Origin: a bacterium
Lineage (GTDB): Bacteria > Patescibacteriota > Gracilibacteria > Peribacterales > Peribacteraceae
Reading direction: 5' to 3'
Length of the DNA: 64,000 nucleotides
NCBI GenBank assembly: GCA_029558515.1
Contig: JAKQEM010000024.1
Coordinates: 57,164 to 121,163, forward strand
Position 1 is the first letter of the stretch. Each line of letters opens with the position of its first letter. This document shows, one piece after another, positions 1 to 7,910 of the stretch. Both the position numbers and the translations under genes were made by a program. Below the pieces are notes generated by a model. It ran no database searches. It saw only the letters and a list, made by a program, of their open reading frames with translations, and was not told where the DNA came from.

Positions 1-402
1 ATTTCCACGACGCCGGAATCGACGATCGCAGGACTCGATGCTCTGGACGATCGTGTCACGACCATCATTCTGGGGGGCCAAGACCGCGGCTACGATTTCA
101 CGGCATTGGCAAAACGCCTCGCGACATCTTCCGTACGCACCGCCATCCTCTTCCCCGGCTCCGGCCCCCGCATCCGCGCAGCGATCGAACAGCAAAAAGC
201 AGAAATCCGACTCTTCGACGCCCCATCGATGGAAGAAGCCGTCTTCATTGCCAAACGAGAAACAAACAACGAGCAACGAAGAACGCATGCGCGAGCACCG
301 ATCGTTCTGCTATCGACTGCGTCTCCCAGCTACGGCATGTTCAAGAATTTTGAGGAGAAGGGGGATGCATTTCAAAAGTGTGTACGAGGAGTAACGGAAT
401 AA
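1..402 (+). CDS. murD: UDP-N-acetylmuramoylalanine--D-glutamate ligase MurD, C-terminal part (5' end outside window)
   Basis: Frame 1 is open from base 1 to TAA at 400-402. ILGGQDRGYDF ... VLLSTASPSYGMFKNFEEKGDAF is the MurD C-terminal signature. It contains an AACGAA-word insertion (KRETNNEQRRT, 253-287), and the last 4 codons lie in repeat words. Confidence 0.8.
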   Translation: MSTTPESTIAGLDALDDRVTTIILGGQDRGYDFTALAKRLATSSVRTAILFPGSGPRIRAAIEQQKAEIRLFDAPSMEEAVFIAKRETNNEQRRTHARAPIVLLSTASPSYGMFKNFEEKGDAFQKCVRGVTE

Positions 403-521
403 CGGAATATCGGAATATAGGAGTAACGGGAGCGAAAAACCCACGCAGCACATCCCTGTTATTCCGTTACTCTGTTCCTCTGTTATTCCCCTGATCCTTC
501 GTCCCTCGTCCTTCGTCCTCC
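388..521. repeat. Inverted pair of 8/7-nt word arrays between convergent murD and grpE
   Basis: Left arm is TAACGGAA TAACGGAA TATCGGAA TATAGGAG TAACGGGA. Right arm is TGTTATTC CGTTACTC TGTTCCTC TGTTATTC followed by TCGTCC words. GTAACGGAATAAC (391-403) is a perfect reverse complement of 458-470. Both stop codons (400-402, 467-469) lie inside the arms. Confidence 0.85.
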
Positions 522-1066
522 GCCGCAGCGGCCCCGTCTCCCGCTCGCACTTTCGCCGGGCGCAGTACTTTTCCGTGCAACAGGTAGCCTTCCTCAAATA
601 CCTCCGTCACGATCCCCTCTTGTCCCGGGCCCATCGTGAGCACTTCGTGAAACTGCGGATCGACGACGGTCCCCATCGAGTCCATCCGCTTCAATCCGGC
701 GTCCGTCACCGTGCGCATCAATTCCTGCTCGATGACCGCCACGCCCTTCACCCATTCGTGCCCCTGCAAATCGTCCGGCACGTGCTGGAAGGCACGCTGA
801 AAGTTATCGAGTGTGGGGAGTAAACGGCGGATGATGGACTCCGTCGCAAACGCACGAATATCGGACGCTTCGCGCTCTGCCCGCGCCTTGGCATTCTGCA
901 AATCGGCCTGCGCCCTGCCCGCCAGATCCCGGAGTTTCTGCAGCTCCTCCTGCAAAGCGTTCCAATCCTGCTTGGCACCATCGTCGCTCGTCGATGCCTG
1001 CGCGACAGGGACGTCCTGCTGCGCCGCACCCTGCCCCGTGCCGTTCGTGTCATCCTGTTGCTGCAT
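467..1066 (-). CDS. grpE: Nucleotide exchange factor GrpE
   Basis: Coiled-coil N-terminus followed by IIRRLLPTLDNFQRA ... GTVVDPQFHEVL ... GYLLHGKVLRPAKV, typical of GrpE. Start is placed at the ATG at 1066 (MQQQDD). The C-terminal tail EDEGRGTKDQGNNRGTE is read from repeat words. Confidence 0.85.
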   Translation of the reverse strand: MQQQDDTNGTGQGAAQQDVPVAQASTSDDGAKQDWNALQEELQKLRDLAGRAQADLQNAKARAEREASDIRAFATESIIRRLLPTLDNFQRAFQHVPDDLQGHEWVKGVAVIEQELMRTVTDAGLKRMDSMGTVVDPQFHEVLTMGPGQEGIVTEVFEEGYLLHGKVLRPAKVRAGDGAAAAEDEGRGTKDQGNNRGTE

Positions 1067-1258
1067 GCACCCATGGTACTGAATCCAAGCCGCACGACAA
1101 GCGCAAGGCACGGATCCGACTCTCCCCGCCGGCCACATCATGAGGAGCAGATGCCGAAAACGGACACTCAAAACAGAGGGACCCGCTCCTTTGTGTGCAT
1201 TGCCCCGGAGAGGCAAACGCGGTATCGTCCACCGGCGCTACAAGAGATTTTTCTCATC

Positions 1259-1335
1259 GCCACGGTAGCTCAGTAGGTTAGAGCGCGGGACTCATAAGCC
1301 CGAGGTCGCCGGTTCAATTCCGGCCCGTGGCACCA
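1259..1335 (+). tRNA. tRNA-Met (anticodon CAT), elongator-type or lysidine-Ile2
   Basis: Acceptor GCCACGG/CCGTGGC, anticodon loop CTCATAA, T-arm GCCGG-TTCAATT-CCGGC, encoded CCA. G1-C72 is paired, so it is not an initiator. There is an A-G mismatch at 31-39. Confidence 0.9.
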
Positions 1336-1377
1336 CGTAAAACTGCGCGCAGCGAAGTGAGCAGCTGTTTTACGTGG
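1333..1377 (+). other. Hairpin starting in the tRNA-Met CCA end
   Basis: CCACGTAAAAC (1333-1343) pairs perfectly with GTTTTACGTGG (1367-1377) across a 23-nt loop. There is no T-run, so its role (processing or termination) is unknown. Confidence 0.35.
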
Positions 1378-1415
1378 GACGTGGCCGCGTAGCGGCTTTA
1401 CGTCCCTGCGCGCAG

Positions 1416-1463
1416 TCACGTGGCGCCGCCCCGTATAATGCGTCCGCATCACGTGGCGCCGCC
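1416..1463 (+). promoter_or_regulatory. TATAAT box flanked by a 15-nt direct repeat with a CACGTG core
   Basis: TCACGTGGCGCCGCC occurs at 1416-1430 and again at 1449-1463, bracketing TATAAT at 1434-1439. Further ACGTGG copies lie at 1373-1385. The site is upstream of the GIY-YIG ORF. Confidence 0.35.
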
Positions 1464-1490
1464 ATCAACATCACACTACAATCGTCCGCC

Positions 1491-1754
1491 ATGCACCACG
1501 TTTATCTCATCGAGAGCGAAATCACAGGCAAACAATACATTGGTTATACAACTGATCTAAAACGGAGACTGGCTGAACACAACAATCATAAGAATGTATC
1601 AACGTCAAAAGAACAGAAATGGAAACTCATCTACTGTGAAACCTACGTGAACAAGATGGATGCGCTTGGACGAGAGAAATTTCTGAAAAGCGGTTCTGGC
1701 TGGAGGTTTTTAAAAAAGCAACTGCAACACTATCTCAATGAGAATAATTGTTGA
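1491..1754 (+). CDS. Small GIY-YIG nuclease-domain protein (YhbQ/UPF0213-like)
   Basis: HHVYLIES..GKQYIGYTTDLKRRLAEHN ... matches the GIY-YIG core. It is AT-richer than its flanks and lies 155 nt downstream of tRNA-Met on the same strand. Confidence 0.75.
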   Translation: MHHVYLIESEITGKQYIGYTTDLKRRLAEHNNHKNVSTSKEQKWKLIYCETYVNKMDALGREKFLKSGSGWRFLKKQLQHYLNENNC

Positions 1755-1878
1755 CTATAAAATACTATTATATATTGCAAACCTATGCAATTAATAAGTA
1801 CAGACGCGAATCCCAGATAAAGGGATGGACGAGGGGGAAGGAGGTGCGGTATGGACGCAGTATGGCTACACTGACGGT

Positions 1879-2625
1879 ATGTCCCGCATCCTACTGTGTC
1901 TGCACGGCTGGGGAGGATCCAAAGAGTCCTTTCGGGAATTGCGCGACGCATTGAAGGAAACGGATCTGCTCATCCTGACACCGGATCTGCCGGGATTCGG
2001 AGACGAGCCGGAACCGGATCGTCCGTGGTCCGTGGATGAGTACGCCGACTGGGTGGAACAGTGGTACAAGAGGCAATCTGACACGAGCCAACAGCCAATA
2101 GCCCTACTGGGCCACTCCCACGGCGGCCGCATCGCCATCAAACTTGCCGCCCGCCACTCACCACTCACTACTCACAACTCACCACTTCTTATTTCTCACC
2201 TCTACCTTTGCGCCGCCGCAGGCATCCACCACCCGCGCGTGCTCCGACGATCTGTCGGTTTTCTCTTGGCTAAAATCGGCGCACTCGTTTTCCGTATCCC
2301 CGGCATCCGCGCACTGGAGCCACAGGGGAAAAAAGTGCTCTACCGCTTGATGCGCGTGCACGATTACGAGCGGGCGTCGCCGATCATGCGTGAGACGATG
2401 CGACGTGTTCGGAATGAAGATCTGACGACGCACCTCTCCTCCATCACCGTTCCCACCGATATCTTCTGGGGCACGGACGATACGATGACACCCCTGAAAG
2501 ACGGCCGCCTGATGCATCGGCTGATCAAAGGGAGTCACCTGCACGTCTTCCCGGGCATCCGCCACCGCGTCCACCGCGATAAGGCGCAGGACATTGCATC
2601 CGTGATTCGGTCACAGGTTGGGTAG
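1879..2625 (+). CDS. Alpha/beta-fold hydrolase
   Basis: ILLCLHGWGGS, nucleophile elbow GHSHGG, and a C-terminal H in GIRHRVH. The ORF opens at 1825 and the ATG at 1879 was chosen by typical N-terminal length. It contains an in-frame heptamer array. Confidence 0.7.
   Translation: MSRILLCLHGWGGSKESFRELRDALKETDLLILTPDLPGFGDEPEPDRPWSVDEYADWVEQWYKRQSDTSQQPIALLGHSHGGRIAIKLAARHSPLTTHNSPLLISHLYLCAAAGIHHPRVLRRSVGFLLAKIGALVFRIPGIRALEPQGKKVLYRLMRVHDYERASPIMRETMRRVRNEDLTTHLSSITVPTDIFWGTDDTMTPLKDGRLMHRLIKGSHLHVFPGIRHRVHRDKAQDIASVIRSQVG
2155..2203. repeat. In-frame heptamer array inside the hydrolase gene
   Basis: CACTCAC CACTCAC TACTCAC AACTCAC CACTTCT TATTTCT CACCTCT: seven phased 7-mers, translated HSPLTTHNSPLLISHLY. 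Confidence 0.85.
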
Positions 2626-2784
2626 CAGCACAAACATGTACACGAAGTACATGGATGCCAGAACGAAACCTGCGGCAGTCTGCTCGAATGCCGTCGGTGC
2701 GCGTCGCGTGAGCTTCATAGAGAAGGTGGGTATGTGCTGATATAATAACATAAATCAGTATTATATGCAATATCCTGATGCGCT

Positions 2785-4491
2785 ATGCTTCCCATCTTCA
2801 TGGCTTTGATCCTCTCGCTCCTCGTCCTCCTGGCCTCCCTCTCCCCTCTGCTCACGTTCAGCAGACTCTTTCAAATGAAAGAATGGCGCCTCGACCGCCT
2901 GCGTGAGCAACTTCGACAGGAAGGATGGAGCAATACTCTGCTCAGCAAAACCAGAATCTATGCCGGATTTGGATGGATGCTTTTCGTCCTCGTTGCGCTA
3001 CTCCTGCACGTCTTGCGTGTGACGGATATCTGGGAATATCGCATGATCAGTACGGGAAGCACCGCTCTCGTAGAACAATGGTACAAAGGGCTGCTCATCA
3101 TACTCTCGCTGACGGGACTCATGCAGTTCATACGAGGCAAACAGCACGTGCCCATTTTTACGAGGAAAGCGATGCTCATCCTGTGCGTGACTCTTGGCAT
3201 CAACCTGCTGATGGTGTACTTGCTCTCCGCATACACTCTGTGGGTACTCGATACACCGGGCAACCCGATACCGGTGCAACCGCTCCAATGGATGGTGATA
3301 TTCCTGCCCTTTGTGCAGCCATTCATCGTTCTTGTTGCTTGGATGCTACTCCTCCCTCTCGATCGCCTCCTCAAGAATCGTATCTTCGCACAAGCAAAAA
3401 CCTTGCGAGCGCAATGGAAGAATCCCATCGTCATCGGCATCGCGGGGAGCGTCGGGAAGACGACGGTGAAGGAATTGCTCGCAACGGTCCTCGCGGATCT
3501 GCACCCGCTGACCACGCCGGAACATGTGAACACGGAAATGGGTGTCTCCCAGTGGCTCATGAGGGAAATGAAAAACGAACAACGAACAACGAAAAACGAT
3601 GGTGTGCTCATCATCGAAATGGGTGCCTATCGCAGAGGAGAAATCGCGCTCCTCAGTTCGATCATCCGCCCGACTATCGGCGTCATCACGGCGCTGGGCT
3701 CGGATCACCTGGCGCTCTTTGGATCGGAAGAAGCCATCGTGCAGGCCAATGGAGAATTGATTGAAGCACTGCCACGAGACGGACACGCATTCCTCTACGG
3801 CGACAATACTGCCACCCGATCGCTGAAAAATCGTGCACCCTGCCCCGTCACCCTCGTGGGCACACAGCCTCACAACGATCAGCAAGCGAATGCAATCACA
3901 GAAAATGAACATGCTGTATCGTTTGAAACGAGGACACGAAATAACGAAATAACGATGTCTTCCATCTCCGTCCCCCTCCACGGCCTCCATAACGTAAACA
4001 ACATTCTCCTCGCCGTCGCCGTCGCCCGCCATCTCGGGATCACCGATGACCGCATCCGAGAGCTTCTCGCGGCACATCGTCCCCTCCGGACGACATTCCA
4101 TGTGCGGCATGAGCAAGGTGTTTGTCTCCTGGATGACACGTACAACATCAGTCCCTTGAGCCTGCGTGCCGCCATCGATTGGGCGGGGAATCAAACGCAA
4201 CGACCGCGTATACTGCTCACGAGCGGACTGCTGGAAACCGGCAACGCGGAGGATCGATTTCATGAGGAATCGGGTACATTCGCACAAGGGAAACTGGAAC
4301 ACGTCATCTTCACATCTGACCGCGGACGAACGGCATTTGCGCAAGGTTACGGCAAGGATGTGGAACGACTGACGGATGTGACGGAACGTGCGGTACCCGG
4401 TGCGCTGCTCCTCTGCGTCGGACGCATGTCTCCTGCAACCGTGCAGCGTCTGCTGCCCCACCCATCAACGAACAACGAAGTAACGAAATAA
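2785..4491 (+). CDS. murF: UDP-N-acetylmuramoyl-tripeptide--D-alanyl-D-alanine ligase (MurF-type Mur ligase) with an N-terminal multi-TM domain
   Basis: The P-loop is GIAGSVGKTT. Further Mur ligase signatures are IIEMGA, GVITALGSDHL, LHGLHNVNNILLAVAVA and DDTYNISPLS. The first ~200 aa are hydrophobic helices. Confidence 0.8.
   Translation: MLPIFMALILSLLVLLASLSPLLTFSRLFQMKEWRLDRLREQLRQEGWSNTLLSKTRIYAGFGWMLFVLVALLLHVLRVTDIWEYRMISTGSTALVEQWYKGLLIILSLTGLMQFIRGKQHVPIFTRKAMLILCVTLGINLLMVYLLSAYTLWVLDTPGNPIPVQPLQWMVIFLPFVQPFIVLVAWMLLLPLDRLLKNRIFAQAKTLRAQWKNPIVIGIAGSVGKTTVKELLATVLADLHPLTTPEHVNTEMGVSQWLMREMKNEQRTTKNDGVLIIEMGAYRRGEIALLSSIIRPTIGVITALGSDHLALFGSEEAIVQANGELIEALPRDGHAFLYGDNTATRSLKNRAPCPVTLVGTQPHNDQQANAITENEHAVSFETRTRNNEITMSSISVPLHGLHNVNNILLAVAVARHLGITDDRIRELLAAHRPLRTTFHVRHEQGVCLLDDTYNISPLSLRAAIDWAGNQTQRPRILLTSGLLETGNAEDRFHEESGTFAQGKLEHVIFTSDRGRTAFAQGYGKDVERLTDVTERAVPGALLLCVGRMSPATVQRLLPHPSTNNEVTK
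3571..3600. repeat. In-frame AACGAAC heptamer array in murF
   Basis: AACGAAC AACGAAC AACGAAA AACGAT, translated KNEQRTTKND. Confidence 0.8.
3926..3957. repeat. In-frame ACGAAATA octamer repeat in murF
   Basis: ACGAGGAC ACGAAATA ACGAAATA ACGATG, translated TRTRNNEITM. Confidence 0.7.
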
Positions 4492-4520
4492 CGAACTAAC
4501 GAAGTAACGAACTAACGAAC
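4466..4520. repeat. Tandem TAACGAAN octamer array filling the murF-DegT spacer
   Basis: CAACGAA CAACGAAG TAACGAAA TAACGAAC TAACGAAG TAACGAAC TAACGAAC. The murF stop (4489-4491) is one of the TAA copies. The array ends 1 nt before the ATG at 4522. Confidence 0.9.
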
Positions 4521-4521
4521 C

Positions 4522-5817
4522 ATGTCCCCCCCCATTCACCACACCTTCGGCCCCCTGGCAAATACGCGGCACATGCTGTCGGCGTCCGGGCTCATCCTGC
4601 GACCGTGGCGGTGGCGATCGGGACCGGCGACGGCAGCATTGGCCCGAGGTATGGAAACGTGCATGAATGCCGCCACATCCTCCCCAAAGCCCGCGGTCTC
4701 GTTATGGGGATCCGGCCGCGAGGCTCTGTTGGTCGCACTGCGGGCAATCCCTGCACAACCCGGCGACGAGGTGATCGTCCAGGGCTACACCTGCGTCGTC
4801 GTCGTCAATGCGATCCGCGCCGCGGGCCTTCTGCCCGTGTTCGTCGACATCGATCCGGACACCCTCAATCTCGATCCCGCTGAAGTGGAAATGGCCGTCA
4901 GCCCGAAAACGCGCGCGATTCTGTGCCAACACACCTTCGGCATCCCCGGCCCCTTGAGAGAACTCAAAGAAATCTGCGATGCACATCACATCCTGCTCAT
5001 CGAAGACTGCGCGCACATCCTCCCCGACGATGCAAGACCATCGGGCATCGGCAAAACGGGACACATGGCGTTCTTCAGCTTCGGCCGCGACAAAGCGATC
5101 TCCGGCGTCACGGGCGGCGCGCTGATCGTGCGGGAGGAAGCGTACAGGGCCGCCGTGCAGAAACAGGCGGAGGAAGCCAAACCCCTCCCCCGTTCCGTCA
5201 TCCTGCGACTGCTCTGCTACCCGCTGCTCTACGTACTCCTGCGCCCGCTCTACGGACTATGGATCGGCAGAGCGATGCTGGCGCTCGCGGGCAAGACCGG
5301 TGTGCTCGTGCCCATCCTGACCCGGCGAGAGAAAGAAGGATCGATGTCACCCGCAGTCACCACCATGCCGAATGCCTGTGCGCATCTCGCATTGAAACAA
5401 CTGCACACTATTCGCACCATCAACGATCATCGCCGCATGCTGACACGATTCTATCTGGAAGAGATCGACCGAAGAGAATGGAGGATTGCCTCAAAACCGG
5501 ACGATACTGCTCATCCATACATCCCCGGGCGCATCACATCCGATCTCCCCCTGCAGAAATTCCCCCTCTTTGTGCCCGGCGCCGAGCGCATCCGGCAGCA
5601 ACTCAAGAAACAAAACATCCACCTCCACGACGGTTGGACCGGCTGCGTGATTTGCCCGCCTGCCGTGGACGCATCCGCACTGGGCTACAAGGATGGCCAA
5701 GACCCCGATGCCGAACTCTGCGGCACACAGATTTTAAGTCTGCCAACGCATCCGGGGATGACACATCAGCAGGCATTGAAGCTGATTGAAGCGATTGAAC
5801 AACATCTGAACACCTAA
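4522..5817 (+). CDS. DegT/DnrJ/EryC1/StrS-family PLP-dependent aminotransferase
   Basis: GSGREALLVAL, GDEVIVQGYTCVVVVNAI, IEDCAH and FSFGRDKAISGVTGGA (the Schiff-base Lys region) are typical of the family. Confidence 0.8.
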   Translation: MSPPIHHTFGPLANTRHMLSASGLILRPWRWRSGPATAALARGMETCMNAATSSPKPAVSLWGSGREALLVALRAIPAQPGDEVIVQGYTCVVVVNAIRAAGLLPVFVDIDPDTLNLDPAEVEMAVSPKTRAILCQHTFGIPGPLRELKEICDAHHILLIEDCAHILPDDARPSGIGKTGHMAFFSFGRDKAISGVTGGALIVREEAYRAAVQKQAEEAKPLPRSVILRLLCYPLLYVLLRPLYGLWIGRAMLALAGKTGVLVPILTRREKEGSMSPAVTTMPNACAHLALKQLHTIRTINDHRRMLTRFYLEEIDRREWRIASKPDDTAHPYIPGRITSDLPLQKFPLFVPGAERIRQQLKKQNIHLHDGWTGCVICPPAVDASALGYKDGQDPDAELCGTQILSLPTHPGMTHQQALKLIEAIEQHLNT

Positions 5818-5894
5818 AAATATGCGATACTTTGAAATAGGTAACAAATCCGGTTCGATGAAAGCAAACGAACAAAACGTACACAACGTCTGGG

Positions 5895-6058
5895 GGCGCC
5901 GCCACAGGGGGTGAAGGGGGAGCCCCGCCACAAAGCGTTCGCGAGGCGATTGTGACTGAAGCCTTGGAAGGAGCAATCGCCGAGCCGCGGGGCGGGCGGA
6001 GGGGCATTGGCGGCGCCGTCCTTTCTTGGTCACTTCTTTGGACGGGCAAAGAAGTGAC
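5895..6058 (+). other. Nested-stem structured element plus a 12-bp hairpin upstream of the FemAB gene
   Basis: GGCGCCGCC (5895-5903) pairs with GGCGGCGCC (6009-6017). GGCGATTG (5945-5952) pairs with CAATCGCC (5974-5981). GTCACTTCTTTG (6029-6040) pairs perfectly with CAAAGAAGTGAC (6047-6058). Confidence 0.35.
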
Positions 6059-6092
6059 AAATAAAGAAACAACTTCCGCTATCATCCTCCCG

Positions 6093-7223
6093 ATGCACGT
6101 CCAACCCGCCACCGATGCTCAAGCTTGGGAATCGTTCCTGACGAACCGCCCTGATGCCCTCTTTCTGCAAAGCTGGACGATGGGCGAAGTGTACCGGGAC
6201 ATCGGGCAGGAGCCCGTGCGATTGGAAATACGGAACGACTCGGGTGCCATCAGCGGCATCTGCCAAGCCATCGTGGTCCCGGCCCGGCGCGGCAGACACC
6301 TGATGGTGCAGTACGGACCGGTGCTGGAAGATCCCGCCGCCCTCTCTCCTCTCCTCGATACACTGAAAGACATCGCTCGAGATCATCATTGCTCTTTCCT
6401 TCGCATCAGCCCATTCTGGCCGGAATCCCAAATCCCAAATCCCAAATCCCAAATCCCCGATTCTCTTCCCTCACCGCTCCATCTGCTCTCTGAGTACACC
6501 TGGTACATTCCCCTGAGACAAATTGATCCATGGGCGGAATTACGAACAAGCGAATCAATGCATCAACGAATCAACGACTATGCGGCCCCCGTCACAGAAG
6601 AATCCATCCTGAAGAACATGCGCAAAACGACTCGCAACCTGATCGGCAGGGCACAACGTGAAGGCGTCACCGTCGTCGCCTCCTCCCATCCATCGGCAGA
6701 TCTGAACATCTACTTTCGGCTGCAGAAGGAAACGACGCACCGGCATGGATTCGTCCCGTATCGCGACTCCTTCATCCGCGCACAGGTGGCGCACTTCGCA
6801 CCCAAAGGACAAGCCATCGTGTACATCGCACGGTACAAAGACGAACCGGTCGCCGCATCGGTCCACATGAGCTACGCAAGCATCACCAGCTACCATCACG
6901 GCGCCTCCACGCACAAGTACGCCAAAATCCCCGCAAGTTACCTGCTGCAATGGACCGCGATTCGTGAAGCCCTGCATCGCGGCGACTGTGTCTACAACTT
7001 CTGGGGCATCGCTCCGCCGAGTCATGAGTCTCGAGTCTTGAGTGATGAGCAACCGCTCAAAACTCACCGCTCCGGACACCCCTTCGCCGGCGTCACCACG
7101 TTCAAAACTGGATTCGGCGGAAAACCTCTCCCGCTGATGCACTGCCGCGATGTGCCCCTTTCCCGCACGTACCGATTCACGCGAGCATTTGAGACGGTGC
7201 GCAAGTGGAAACGAGGATTCTAG
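6093..7223 (+). CDS. FemAB-family peptidoglycan interpeptide-bridge aminoacyltransferase
   Basis: FLQSWTMGEVY, NMRKTTRNLIGRAQREGV, YHHGAST, YLLQW and FKTGFGG match the FemAB/lipid II peptidyltransferase pattern. Start is at the ATG at 6093 (MHVQP). Confidence 0.75.
   Translation: MHVQPATDAQAWESFLTNRPDALFLQSWTMGEVYRDIGQEPVRLEIRNDSGAISGICQAIVVPARRGRHLMVQYGPVLEDPAALSPLLDTLKDIARDHHCSFLRISPFWPESQIPNPKSQIPDSLPSPLHLLSEYTWYIPLRQIDPWAELRTSESMHQRINDYAAPVTEESILKNMRKTTRNLIGRAQREGVTVVASSHPSADLNIYFRLQKETTHRHGFVPYRDSFIRAQVAHFAPKGQAIVYIARYKDEPVAASVHMSYASITSYHHGASTHKYAKIPASYLLQWTAIREALHRGDCVYNFWGIAPPSHESRVLSDEQPLKTHRSGHPFAGVTTFKTGFGGKPLPLMHCRDVPLSRTYRFTRAFETVRKWKRGF
6424..6458. repeat. In-frame AATCCCA heptamer array in the FemAB gene
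   Basis: AATCCCA x4 followed by AATCCCC, translated SQIPNPKSQIP. Confidence 0.9.
7023..7050. repeat. In-frame NNTGAGT heptamer array in the FemAB gene
   Basis: CATGAGT CTCGAGT CTTGAGT GATGAGC. This is the reverse complement of the AAGACT/GAGACT word family seen at 30448-30468 and 50255-50310. Confidence 0.7.
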
Positions 7224-7239
7224 AAGGTACACTCTCTGC

Positions 7240-7725
7240 ATGCCTCGCAAAGTCACCACCTCCGAAGAAAAATCCGCTGCCACTCCTTCCGGCGGTCCGG
7301 CCCCGGCCTCCGCACCGAAGATCCCCGCCCCGGCTCCGGAAGCGTCGACCCTCGCCGTTTCCACCGGGCTTGGCGAAGTGCAGGACCGCTTGGATATGGT
7401 GCTCCTGTATCTGCACAACATGGACCGTCGCGACAAGTGGCGCACAAGAGGAGGATTCCTGCGGGGTCTCATTTCGATCATCCCCGTCCTCATCGCCGTG
7501 TGGGCCGCGTGGTACTTCTACATGTACGGCGACATCCTCATGAAGAAACTCACCATGGAAGTGGTGCGCCAGTCGGCCGCCTACTCCGAGAACACCATGG
7601 AGAATCGCATCCAACAGCTCGTGCCCCTCATTGAGAATTTGACCATTCCCGATGACCGGCTCCCTCCTGCATCACCCCCCGCCGACTCAGAGCCACCTGC
7701 AGAAGCAGTGTTGCCGGAGGAATGA
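7240..7725 (+). CDS. Hypothetical membrane protein (one TM, Pro/Ala-rich N-terminus)
   Basis: ATG at 7240. The TM segment is LISIIPVLIAVWAAWYFYMY. No family was recognised. Confidence 0.5.
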   Translation: MPRKVTTSEEKSAATPSGGPAPASAPKIPAPAPEASTLAVSTGLGEVQDRLDMVLLYLHNMDRRDKWRTRGGFLRGLISIIPVLIAVWAAWYFYMYGDILMKKLTMEVVRQSAAYSENTMENRIQQLVPLIENLTIPDDRLPPASPPADSEPPAEAVLPEE

Positions 7726-7865
7726 TCAGGCAATCAGCGCCTTCCACTCGCTCCACGAAAGTCCTCTCCCGGGATACGCGGAATTCTTGAAGGGCCACGC
7801 ATCGTGCATCCACTGTCACACAGGGCAATACAACACGTCCTTGAGCCCGCTTTTTCCCCTATCCC

Positions 7866-7910
7866 ACCTCCTTCGTCCCTAGTCCCTAGTCCCCCGTCCT
7901 CATCCCTCCC
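7866..7910. repeat. TCGTCCC/TAGTCCC heptamer array at the 3' end of a convergent gene
   Basis: TCGTCCC TAGTCCC TAGTCCC CCGTCCT CATCCCT. The stop codon of the 7900..9336 gene lies inside the array. Confidence 0.8.

Noticed and set aside
1259-1335. tRNA-Met as the initiator tRNA (GGG/CCC in the anticodon stem)
   Set aside because: Positions 1-72 are a G-C pair, whereas bacterial initiators have a C1xA72 mismatch, and the anticodon stem has an A-G mismatch. It is called an elongator-type CAU tRNA.
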